The notes below the pieces were generated by a model. That model made no database searches, had not been told where the DNA came from, and saw only the letters and a list, made by a program, of their open reading frames with translations. A stretch of 64,000 bases of DNA from Epiperipatus broadwayi. Lineage: Eukaryota; Animalia; Onychophora. The stretch's first letter is position 1. Each line of letters starts with the position of its first letter. The position numbers and the translations under genes are program-made. This document shows, in pieces, positions 37,602-49,766 of this stretch. The stretch is taken from NCBI GenBank assembly GCA_028023455.1, contig JAQFVV010000006.1:17608001-17672000 (forward strand), written 5' to 3'.

Positions 37602-38728
37602 AAATTCAGTTTTCTATCTTTCATGATACTTATTCAGAGTTATTTCTATAAGTATTAATTGCTGCATTTACCCAACTGGTTATCTTTTCACATAAGGCAA
37701 AATCTATTCTATTTTTTCATTAATTAGTCATAATATTTCTAATGCATGAACTCTTTTAAATTACAGCAAATATTTTTTTTATATATTCCATGCTTTAAAA
37801 AGAAAATGTTAAAAGTATGCTCTCTCATGCATTTTCTGTATATTTTCTTGTCCTCTGTGTTATGGTCTGATGATAGAGTAGTCAATTTAAGAACTAAAAC
37901 TCTATCAATTGCAGCTTATTTCTGTCACTTTCGGTGCTCAAAGAACATTTGAATCTCCAACTCCAAAATACTTTACGGGGTATATATTAAAATATATGTC
38001 TTATATGTGCATTTTATAATTGAGACTTTAACGTCACATAGATGTGAAAGGAATGGTAAGATTACATAAGGCTGCTTATGAAATAATGCATATATATTAT
38101 ACCACATTGGTATAATCTCAACATGTCATCTACATATCTATTTTTAAAAAAAATTTGGATTTGAATTTTAGATCATCATCATGTGAGTATCATTAATTAT
38201 TGAAATGCCAATTTAGATACCTTCTTTAATTTCATTTTATATTTGCATTATCTTTGATAAAAGTCAAAATGATGTTTTGTTTTAAAAAGGAATTATTGTC
38301 AACATTTTAGAGTATAAAAAAAGTTTGCAATTTATTTCCTTTATCTTTTAAAGTAGTACGTACAACATTAACTTTCTTGAAAGTTAAAACTATTTAAAAT
38401 TCCAAAAGAAAGGTCATATATGTTTACTTTAACAAAACAGTGATATATGTAAACCTTAAGTTCTAATAAGTAGATAATATACGACTTTTTTTTTTTATTA
38501 AAGAAATTTAATTCATCTTATTTTATTATGCCTTTTAAGAATAAGCCCACAGTTAGTTTTATTTTATTTGTGATACAAAAACAACACAGTAAGGTCGAAC
38601 ATTGAAAAAAAAAAAAAAAAAAGCCAACCAAAAAGGATTTTAAAACATTTCAATTTTAAAAACATTTCTAAAATAACATTGTTTGTTTTATATATATATA
38701 TTTCAATAAGGGACTTTAACAAATCAAT

Positions 38729-38998
38729 AGGCAAAACTCACTATACGTATTGCCACACACAGCAAGCTAGAGTAATCAATGGATGCCAAAAGGCTTGTGC
38801 ATAAAATCCCCATCTAGTGTCTACTCATCCAATATCCCCAGAATCCCCATCTAGTGTCTACTCATCCAATATCCCTAAAAACTAGTCTGGGGATATTGGA
38901 TGAGTAGGCACTAGATGGGGATTTATGCAAAAGCCTTCTGGCATCCATTGATTACTCTAGCTTGCTGTGTGTGGCCATACGTATAGTGAGTTTTGCCT
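38729..38998. mobile_element. Young MITE / near-perfect hairpin with about 113-bp arms
   Basis: 38729-38841 is the near-exact reverse complement of 38886-38998. The loop holds a tandem duplicate of about 33 bp of the left arm. Confidence 0.9.
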
Positions 38999-40488
38999 GT
39001 TTTAAAATCAATAGGTTATATTTTCATATATATGAATCCATTTATACGTGTGTGTATAATTGATATTTTAAAATGTGTTTATAATAATAATTGCTCCATG
39101 AAATTTCAAGACAATCAGCTTGAGTGTATTAAATAACAATAGTGATAGACATTACATCATTCAAGTAAATTGTCTGGAAGCCCATGTCATCGAGCAAAAC
39201 GGCTGAACTTTTATTTTATTTTTTTTAAGCGTGTTCATTTCGTGTATATATTTTGTTTATTTCGAAAGAATTTTTACCTTTAACAAACATTTCTTTCATT
39301 ATTAATCACAATGTATGTATTCATGAAGATTTGTATTAAGAAACTGTACAATATGGCTTGCTAAAAAGTAAAGTTGATGTCTGCTCATAAAAACAAATGA
39401 AAATGTAGATCAAAGCTTAATGTCAACTGAAGTACAGTTACTGTTGCATTCAAGAAAATGTATTCTTTGTTTATATCGGAGATTTTAAAAAAATGCTTAT
39501 TTAAATACAATATATTTGCATGAGCCTGGAAAACAATATAAATACCTATGGACAAAATCATTAATATTGCTAAAGATATTAAAGTATAATCTTAAGAATT
39601 AAAATTGAGAATTATTTATTAAAGAGTATCAAAATCCTGATTTTCTAGATTCTTGTTGCTACATCCTCATGTTACTATCATTTTATTTTGTACATCTTGA
39701 TAAAATCCTTTGTTAAATTCACATCGTGCTTGCATATATATCACAGTGCTTAAAGATTATATGGCTGAACTAACAATTATTTTGAAAGGAAATTATGACA
39801 ATGGAAAATCGGCTGAGTCTTATAGAAATTAATGTCTAGTGAAAATCGATGTTTTATATGCATGTCGCTAATGGGATTTATGTTGTAGAATAAAGTGTAA
39901 TAACTACCTAAATGGTTAAATATACACTAATACTTTTTTGACACAATTATATTGGTGATGTAATTAGAATTACCTCTAATATTACTCTTAGATCATTGTT
40001 GCTACACAGATATTAGATATTTTAATGAATTATGAAATTACTGGATTATGGATATTAAATTTATCATCATCATCCTTGCAAATCATTCAATTCTACCTAT
40101 AAAATTTCATTACATATATATGTTTGAAAGGTTACTTAATATATATATGCTTGCTGCAGAATAAAGACTAAACACATACATAATTAGGGGAAATAATAGC
40201 AATTAGTCAAAATTATAAATAATTATTAATTAAATGTCATCTGAATAACTTATTTAGATTTTAATATCGCCTTAATAATAAGTTAAAAATTCTCTATAAA
40301 TTTTGTATTTCTTTGATACAATTAACATAGATACATATTTTCTTCTAGTTCTGAAAATATCTGTTGTTTAGCTTCACCATAGGTATAAACATTTATACAA
40401 TTATTACACATTGAGGTTTATTTCCTCAGAATTGCATTAATTTCATTTGTTATTTATTATTGTTTGATGTTAATAAATTGTTTATTAT

Positions 40489-40538
40489 TTAATAAATCAG
40501 AAGTCCTGCGTTTTTAATAAATCAGAAGTCCTGCGTTT
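40489..40538. repeat. Perfect 25-bp tandem duplication
   Basis: tttaataaatcagaagtcctgcgtt occurs twice in tandem. Confidence 0.9.
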
Positions 40539-42241
40539 GCTTACTTTAATTAATTAAGGGACAATAACTATAAGTTGTATTCAAAGGGATATGAATAAAT
40601 GAACTTTAACTAGGGTTTAACATTATTGTTTCATACTCACCTTAGCTAATTAATATTTAAATCATTATTTCAAATTTACATTACATCCTTAGGAGCTAGT
40701 ATTCTTTATTATTCAATTTATTTTTAAATTGTATCGGTAGAGAGTAGGGATTTAAAACTAAAACATAAAGTCTTATTTAATTCACTTCCATTTTCTTTAT
40801 GAATTCAATTTAATTTCAGTTCTTGGGCATTACACTCCTATTTGTTTTGTTTATACCATTACTGTTTTTGCTGCCCAAATACATGGGGCATTTGAAGGGT
40901 CAGCCTTTCCCATTTTATTTCGGTACAATATATTTACAATGTGAAGAGTTATATTTTGTGTTGTTTAACAGAAGTATCCAAATATGTCCTAGTGATATTA
41001 AAAAAGTATTGATTTTTATTCATTTGATATTTCTCTGATGAACTGATCAATATCTTAGTATTAATTGCGTTTACATTTTATGCGTGTACTGTTTTCATTT
41101 GCATATTTTGATATGTTTAAAATTATATGTCTTAATCATTGTGGGCCTCATTAATTTTATAATAATAATAATTGAATGGTTTATTGCTCAGAATGTTCAT
41201 AAGAAATTTGGATACCAAAGTGATCATGCTTGGTCACACTCATGCATATTGCTCTCCAGATTCACTGCTCTATCACTGCATCAAAACATGCAAGACAGAC
41301 TTTATGATACAGCTCTGAAATTGACATGCTAAAATAAATTATGTTAAGAGGATTGCAAAGTATTATGAACAATTATCATCTTTTGATTGTAGAGCTCTGT
41401 TGCCTCATTTCTCTACTTTACTACAGGCATGAACTTAATGCATACATAATTAATTTATGTTGTGCTCAGACGATTAGCTTCCCATATCTATGATCCTGGA
41501 TTTAATATCCAGAATAAAGTTAAAGGATTTTTTTTTTGATGAAGATTTTCTGAATAAGCTCATGATGTTTTCGTAAAGTTATACTGTTTGCCAATTTGTC
41601 TTACTATCCAATATTGGTTGTAAATAGCATCTATATTTATAGCTAAAGAGTGAAGGATTTTGCAGGCTGTGTAATGCCCACAAAGATAACCACGTTTAAT
41701 ATTATGTAACCTTCATAATTGGGGAATTGTTATCCACTTACAGACTTTAAGCTTTGCCCTATCTTTGTTTAAGTACGGATATTTTTTTTAATATTTATCT
41801 CCTCTAATTATTTCCTCAATATATATATGGCTATATATATGTGAGCGTGTGTGCGTCTTTACTTAAAATTTGATAATTTCATAAATTACAAATACCCTTA
41901 CTATTTTACTTTCACTCTTTAAATGTTAATAACTTTATTTTTTTTTTAATAAAGGAATTCTAATTTCAGTCTCATAGAGCTTTAGTGCATTCTAGTATGT
42001 GTGACTAAATATCACATCTAATTCAAACAAGACTATATTGTATAATTCTGCTTATTTTTTTTTCTTTTAATCTAACGATTCCGAATATTTTTCTCATTAC
42101 TTTATTTTGTTTATATTCATAATATTAGTTGCTTAATGAATTTGCCTATTATTATATTGCACTCATATATTGCACTTGGTTAATAAAAATAAAAACTACA
42201 GTCTCCTAATTGAAAATATACTATGCGGTCTTATTTTCCAG

Positions 42242-42244
42242 GTG
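42242..42244 (+). CDS. Candidate 3-nt microexon (GTG, Val) downstream of the HQHQ exon
   Basis: ctaat (42206-42210) ... tatgcggtcttattttccag|GTG|gtgagt. Consensus acceptor and consensus donor 3 nt apart. Phase 0 to 0, compatible with the phase-0 end of exon 29825-30030. Confidence 0.42.
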
Positions 42245-44075
42245 GTGAGTTTATCACTTGGCAGTTCTGTTTCAAAACATTTATTACAAACTTGGTCAGT
42301 TGTCTTTTACATTACAGTGATTATTTATATATATTAATGACATTTAAGAGAGAGATTTGGTGTCTTAAATGAATCTTTTTTTAATATGGCTTTACAGAAT
42401 AAGGGCCACATATTAGCATATCTTCCTATTGGATCCATGACCTGGAGTTTGATTTCATGTCAGATGAATGTCAACTAGGATTTTTTTTTTTTTTTTTTTA
42501 GATAACTGTTCTATTTAATTGTTTATTATTGATCAGTATTTGCATGGATATCGATTAGCTAGAAGTTAAAAGCCCCATTTAATCTATGATTGTCAAATAA
42601 TACACTGGCTGTAAAACCAAACAACATAATTGTATACAATGTGGCTTCACCACTGGTTGGGAATGATCATATTCTTATACATTTTCAGTTCATGGTTTAC
42701 CTTTACCATTTTTTTAAAAAAATAGCATGATTGATTTAAAGTGAATGCTTTTAAAATATTTTAAAAGTAACTTTTACATCACTTATATGTTTTTTATATG
42801 TATTTCTGTTCACATCAAGTCTTCTTACACTATAAAACTTGTTTTAGCCTTATGGCACTATAATCCAATTAGAAAAAGAAATTAATTGTTAACTTACCCT
42901 TTTGGCATAAATTTATCTGGATTGAATATTTAAAAAGTTTTCAAGCTATTGTCCAATAATCTACATAATTTAGATTATTTTATTGCAGAATGTGGATAAT
43001 ATTTGATGATTTCTGCAAATTGCGTGAAGGTATTGAATCTGATGTTTTTAGCCCAAGACTTTTTTTTGCTTGCTATTGGTATTACTCACCTTTCTGTTTT
43101 CATTGGAGCAAGCTTTTAAGAATGAGACTGATTTTCATAGTACGTTTTATAGCATTAGCAGACTGGAGTTCTGGTAAACAGTTAAAAATGTACTTAAAAT
43201 TTTGGATATATCACTTTTAAAACATTTTATTTTAAGAGAGATTTTAAAAACATGCATGCTTTAATGAAATGAAAGTATTTCTTGCCCCTATTTCAAGGTT
43301 GCAAGGGGTCATAAGCAGATGGTTCCTGGAAAACAAGACATGTCACAGGTATTTCCCTAATACAATTTTTTTTTCATCTTTTATAATCTTCATAATTTTC
43401 ATATCAACTATTCAAGCATTTAAAAATGACTATTGCTTAGTAATAATAAAAAAATAAATGTGTTTAATATAAAATTTGATAGGAATATAATATTTTTATT
43501 CAGTTCGTTTAAATTATTTACATGTTCCTGTCACATTTTAGAATATCTGTCTATCTATACTTTTAATCAATTATACTATTTTTTGCATTAAAAATCAAAT
43601 TTTTATGTATGTATTAAGTATGTAATCTATTAATTATTACATATTTTTGTATGATATATTTATTTGTATAAGTATATGGAAAGATCTTATGATTGAGTGA
43701 TAATATAAACACTTGTTATGCCCATGAACTCAGAGATTTGAATCCAAATTAGATAACTTGATTATTTTTTTTTTTACTAAACATCCAATTATCATTCAGA
43801 AAATAATTATCAAGATATTCACAGCTAGAGGGAAAAGTAAAAAAGGGAAACTTATTAAATCCCTCATGATCTGATGGTTGGCTTTTATTTTGCAACTTCT
43901 TTATATATTGTCCATTTAGATATTAAAACCATATTAAAAACTACAATCACCAGTTATTTAATTTGTTAATAGACTGATGCTCAATGCATAAAATTTCCTA
44001 TAAACAACCCAATTATCCATCCAGTATTTCATTGTTCTACTATTTTATTGAAATTATATGCATAATAAAAAAAAG

Positions 44076-44884
44076 AGTTGTGACTTACGTCCCATGTGGC
44101 CGCTTGATGGTGTTGTAGCTTGCAAAAATAATGAAATTGTAATATTACCGGTCTGATAATTTTTTGCTTTCTGTTCTCTGGCAATTTTTAAAAGTATTTT
44201 TAAAAATTTACAAACCATTATTTTCCAAATTACATTATACATTTCAATGCATAGTGCTGGAATGTGCAGGGGGGGGGTCCTCGATGGTTTTGACGATCCG
44301 AAGGATCAGTCAATACATGCAAAAATATGAGCAAACCAAGTTTTCAGTGTGTAGCACTGGAATGTGGGGAGACAGGATGGTTGTTTTGACAATCTGAAGG
44401 ATCGGCCAATACATGCACTAGTCTGAGAAAACAAAGATTATGATTTCCAAAACAAAGTGCAATGACAGCCATTTCATTATTCTCGTAGCTGTTCTCTTGC
44501 AAACATGCCTTTTCATGTGACTTATGTAAAATGGTTCTGGGACATACCCTTTTGCAATTGTTTTCACCTTCCAAGATGTGTAGGGAAACGTGATGGGCTT
44601 ACAATTATTAGTATGTAATAGTACATCAGGTAAAGTGTAAGATTGTTACTCCTTCCAATGCACATAAAAACATTAAATTCCATACACCCTCATATCTTAT
44701 GTTAGCAGTCTGTGAAGTGTGCACTATTTCTATAGTGCTGTGAGTATGCAATGTCATCTAGCCCTGGTCATGGTTAATATGAACAGAATTGTTCTATAGG
44801 CTATAAATTAGGCAATGGCATATTTCTGTGCTTTCTCAAAGAAACATCATCATCAAGCGGCCACAGTGGGCGTAACTCACAACT
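44076..44884. mobile_element. Non-autonomous DNA transposon with about 40-bp terminal inverted repeats
   Basis: agttgtgacttacgtcccatgtggccgcttgatggtg / catcatcaagcggccacagtgggcgtaactcacaact. Internal tandem repeat of about 105 bp at 44255-44420. A related partial copy lies at about 55770-56130. Confidence 0.75.
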
Positions 44885-47349
44885 ACCAAAAAAAGTATAT
44901 GATTGAATAAAAGATTAATTAAAATATCATCTTAATTCACTAATCAGTATTACTAACATCTATAAATAAGTAGTATTCTGTGTCATTCCATTTTCTTTTA
45001 ACCTACCATCTTTATTCTATGTTAATACAGGGCCAATCACAATTTCTGGTCATAATCTTTCATTTTTCCTTTTTGAACTTTTTTGTTTCTCTCTTTGTTT
45101 TTATATTTATGGAATTAGTATGGTCACCCTTATTTATGTGTAGCAGTTAAAATATGATGATGGCATAAAAACAATTGCATGGTTAATTAATTGTTTGACA
45201 AAATAAAACTCTAAAAGCAAAAATGCATCTGGAAATTCTCCAGTTTTAAAAGCGATCATATTGTTAAAAAAAAATTATGTGTGTAATTAAAATTGCATGA
45301 GTTATGCTTATGTGTATGTTTTATTATTGCATAATATTAGAGTATTTATTATTCTTGTTGACAAATGATTATTGTTATTGCTTGGTAATATTATTAAGGA
45401 AAGTCTAGGAATGTTCCTCCCACCTGCTTTTTTCCAACTTATTTGATATTTATATTATATCCAATCTTCCATTCTTTTCTTTCTATCGTGCTATTTTTTC
45501 CTCTTTAGAACTTAGTTAGGATTGAAATATCATTAAATAAATGAATTATTATAGACATTTGATCAATATTAATAAGTGCAAAATATTGAATGGGCCACTT
45601 AAATTAAATTTTAAAATATAATACTTAATTTTATTGGAATTTACTAATGGCCATTTATTAAAACCCATTGTGAAAAGGTTTTGTAAACATAAATATGAAA
45701 AGGAAGTAATAAATTTGTTAATTTAAAATTCTCTGGAAAATGTTGTTTAAGAAAATAATTAATTATTAGAAGGCTGAATAAATAAGTCAAAACGTTGTTG
45801 TTTTAATTGGACATGCCTGTATACCAAATATTTTAAGGTAAATAATACAAAAGTAATGCCTTCGAAGCAGAAATAAATAAATTGAAAATATCAATTGTAA
45901 AAATAAGTTTATTTAGAATAAAATATAATAGCACAATTTATAATAATGACGTAGTGAACAAACCATCAAAATTATATTTATGAATTACAAATATATATAT
46001 AAACAGCTTTTTAATTACTCATTGCATGAATGACATCTCTAATAGAACTTAGATGAACAGTAAAAAAAGAAGGCAGGACACATTAGAATTGCCAGTTACT
46101 GGCTAATGAAAGTTTGAGTAGTTAGATACCCTTTTACTGACCAAATATTATACGGTCAATTTTGTTGCCTATGGGCTATCTATCTGGGAAAAAAAATAGC
46201 AAACTTATAGAAAAAAAATTCCGAATTTAATCAGCCGGGATTCAAACTTAGATCATGGGCATGGCAGAGAGATGCAAAAGCAATTCATTAAGAGGTTCTT
46301 CAAAATGGAAACTACTATAATGTAAATTATTTTAAATAATATTCTTTTGGGTTTAGGTTTTCTAAAACTCATTATTGTCAAGAAGGGGTGCAGCACTTCA
46401 ATTTTTTAATAGATCTGGTCTGTTTATTACAGATGAAATATGCTTCAGTAATAAAGACCACTTGATACAATTATTATAATAAAATATGCTTAAATCACTG
46501 GAAAAGTAGGTAGAGTTAATCAGTTCAAAAAGGAAATTATCTTACATTTTGTACAAAGATTATAATGAAAATAATAATCCTTGAAGTTTTTATAGATTGA
46601 TGACTCTTGTGACCAAATACTAATATGCAAAGTTAAATTTGCAAAATGTACAACAGTAAATATAAAACAATTGGGTGTGGTATTTGGAGATCTATGTAAG
46701 ATTTAGCTTAGCTAATGAGATCTGATTCGTTGACATATTTTAGAAGCCATTAGCGTTTTGTTGTTATTTTTTGAATATCTATAACAGTATGTTTGAAGTG
46801 TAAGAATAGGAATGATTACAATATTGTAAAATGGAGATGCATATATGTGTATGTGTTTATATTTACTAGCTTGCAATAAATATGGTTCTTTTCTAATCAG
46901 GACAAATCTTTATAGCAGTCAAAGAATAGAATTATGTATTGTGCATGTGCTGTGTTAAAAGTGTTTATATTCTGCTTGTTAATATTAGTCTCTCTATTTT
47001 GGACTTATATATGCATTTAACTCATAAATAAATTTGAAATTGGATGCATCTATTAATGATTGTGTCAAACTTAAGCCCAAATTAATCCAAGAGAAAATTA
47101 AATTGTTGGAAAACTTGATCAGAGCATTTTCATGCATAAACTCAACAACTTATATGAAGAAGAAAGAGTTCAAGTTTTTTGCAAAGGACGATTCAATAAA
47201 CCAAATAAGTATTATAGAATAAAGAAGCTGTTTATAGCAGAAATTATGGTTATAATTTTATTTTGCATCAGGAAACTATATATTTTTATGATACTTAGAA
47301 ATTATAACAATCAAACTTCAAGCTGTCAACAATCTCAGCCTTTAGTCAA

Positions 47350-47765
47350 GTTGCCTTGACTACAGCTTGAGATTACTGATAGCTTAAGGGTTGATTATTA
47401 TCATCTACATTTATAAATCTATTAAAGCCTTGAATAAATGACTTTATTGTCTTAGTAAATATGTACTTTATATGGAATTGGAAATTATAAATGACTATTT
47501 ATTAGTCTGCTTTCAGAACAGATTATATTTGCCTGATTAATGAGGTTTGTTTAAACTTCTTTGCATTATTAATCTCACACTCCTTGGTCTAGTTGCAATC
47601 CTTAGTGTCTAAATCAACATGTCAGACCATAGATAAAGATGGCGCCACCTTTATTGTTAAAGGAGGTTGCCTTGACTACAGGTTGAGATTGTTGATAGTT
47701 TAAGGGTTGATTGTTATCATCTAATTTATAAAACCTATTAAATCCTTGAGTAATTGGCTTTATTT
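47350..47765. repeat. Direct repeat pair of about 100 bp, 316 bp apart
   Basis: gttgccttgactacag...ggctttatt-like units start at 47350 and 47666. Confidence 0.8.
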
Positions 47766-48559
47766 ACTTAGAAATCAAATATATTGTTAAAAAATTTAAG
47801 GAACAGCATAGTGCCAACATGGATTTCTTTATTAGATAGTCAATTAGGTTGAAATCTAAATATCCTGATGAGTTTGACATATGATAATCTCTATTAATAT
47901 TAGGCAAATTTATAAATATTGCTTATGTGATTATTTTATGTTGATATAATATTCTTCCTTTTTTTTTTCAAAGATTTATCATAATGGATATTTTGGAGGT
48001 TGCATTATTAATTTTAAAACGAATTTATTCTTAGAAAGTGGCCAATTGTAGATTTGTTTTATATATAATTTTGTTGGATGATTTTTCTTTTTTGTGGTAG
48101 TAATGGAAGATGAAGTGGACTTGATCGCATCTGAGCATATTTTTTGAAGTGCAAACAACTGTGTTGAAATTGTCTCTATTTATATTGAGTCTAATTTATT
48201 GGAAAATTGTCTCATGATTGAAAGATTGGCAAGGAAAGAAGATGAGCAAGAAGATGATTGAAGGAATTTTAAGCAACTCAACTCAACAAACTAATGACAT
48301 GATATATCATTCTGGAGAAGTACTATTTGTGTGATTGCCAGTAGATGGCATATATTTGAAAGCACTTAACAATAATAAAAATAATGATGATGATATTTAA
48401 TTCAAGAAAAATAATACTTTGAAAAATCAAAACAAGAAGCAGTTTTGCATGGCAATGTATTTAAAAAGAGAATTGACAAGAACATTCAGGAATAAATTTT
48501 AATACTTTTATAGAACTTCAAGAATTTGTCACCGAGTGAACTTTTTAATTGTGAAAAAT

Positions 48560-49320
48560 TGCTAATCCTATAATATCTTGGATACTAAAGAATTGGGAGC
48601 ATTAGTGTTCTAGGTATATTCATCCACATATTAAGAGATATTATAAAAAGGACTAATGATTATGAGTGGTCATTTTGTTTTGGATTTGTAAAAAAATCAT
48701 TTAACTTTGTAAGCATCATTAAAGACAGCCAAGTTGTTGACCATAATTAGACATGATTATAATATATATAATAACCCTAAGAAGAATCAAAGGGGGAAAT
48801 TAAGGAAATGTTAAAAGAAGTACGAGATAAGAGCAAAATGTAGGAACTAAAAATTGTAGACTGATATTTCATAAAAATTTGAATTGAAAATAATAAATTA
48901 GCAGTTAACAACTATAAATATTTTGGACAAATTAATAATATAAATGAAGCCATACTGAATGAAACTAATCAAGAAATTATACTCACTATGGAGTACGTAT
49001 GGCAGAAATAGTTTTTTATAAAAAAATAGTCAGGAAAGTTATTTCAAATGAAGTTAATGGAAAAATGATACTGAGACTGCAATCCATAGTAAATAGTAGA
49101 TAATTATTTATTGCTGTTAACAGGGAGAAACTGAAAACAAAATAAATAACTGCAAATAGGCATTTTATCATCATTGAGAATTTAAAAACCAAAGTTGAGT
49201 ATAGATGAATTTGTTTCTACAAGAAATGTCACCAGTTATAAAATTGTAGACCTAAGGATATGGAGAGAAGTTAGGGATTAACTTTCACTATGAATTCAAT
49301 TAACATAGTTGAAAATGATA
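48560..49320 (+). mobile_element. Possible highly decayed LINE (RTE-like) RT fragment
   Basis: ggatttgtaaaaaaatcatttaactttgta reads GFVKKSFNFV, resembling F.DF.KAFDSV. Purine-rich, with many stops. Confidence 0.3.
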
Positions 49321-49399
49321 TATATTGCAAGGAAATCAAGTCATATATCATGTGACTTAATTTAATAAGCTTGTATTACAAATGTTACATAATGAGTAA

Positions 49400-49766
49400 G
49401 CCAATAGCTCTTAACAAGCTTTTCAAAATATCCCTATTCCCAGACCAGTTTCATGCTGTTGACATTCCTCAGTGAGGCAAAGAATTGGCAATTTTATATT
49501 GGTAAAGCTATTAATATATGGCTTATCTGAACTTAGTTCAGTCCCATACGGTTATATAAGTTAGATAGCTGGATTTGAAAACATATGGTTGTCTGAAATT
49601 TTCAAATTTTCTACTTAATAGTTAACCATTAGATAAAGTGTTGGGCTTGACCTGGTATTTTAAATCTAATGCTTGAATATTCTTGCGCCTCACTGAGGAA
49701 TGCCAGAAGCATGAAACCAGTCTTGGGGATAGGAATATTCTGAAAAGCTTGTTAAAAGTTAATGGC
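49400..49766. mobile_element. MITE-like fold-back element with about 85-bp arms
   Basis: ttaacaagcttttcaaaata...cattcctcagtgaggc / gcctcactgaggaatg...ctgaaaagcttgttaa. Confidence 0.8.

Noticed and set aside
46960-47230. Overlapping ORFs possibly from a Penelope GIY-YIG C-terminus (KIKLLENLI)
   Set aside because: No GIY/YIG motif is visible and the match is too weak.
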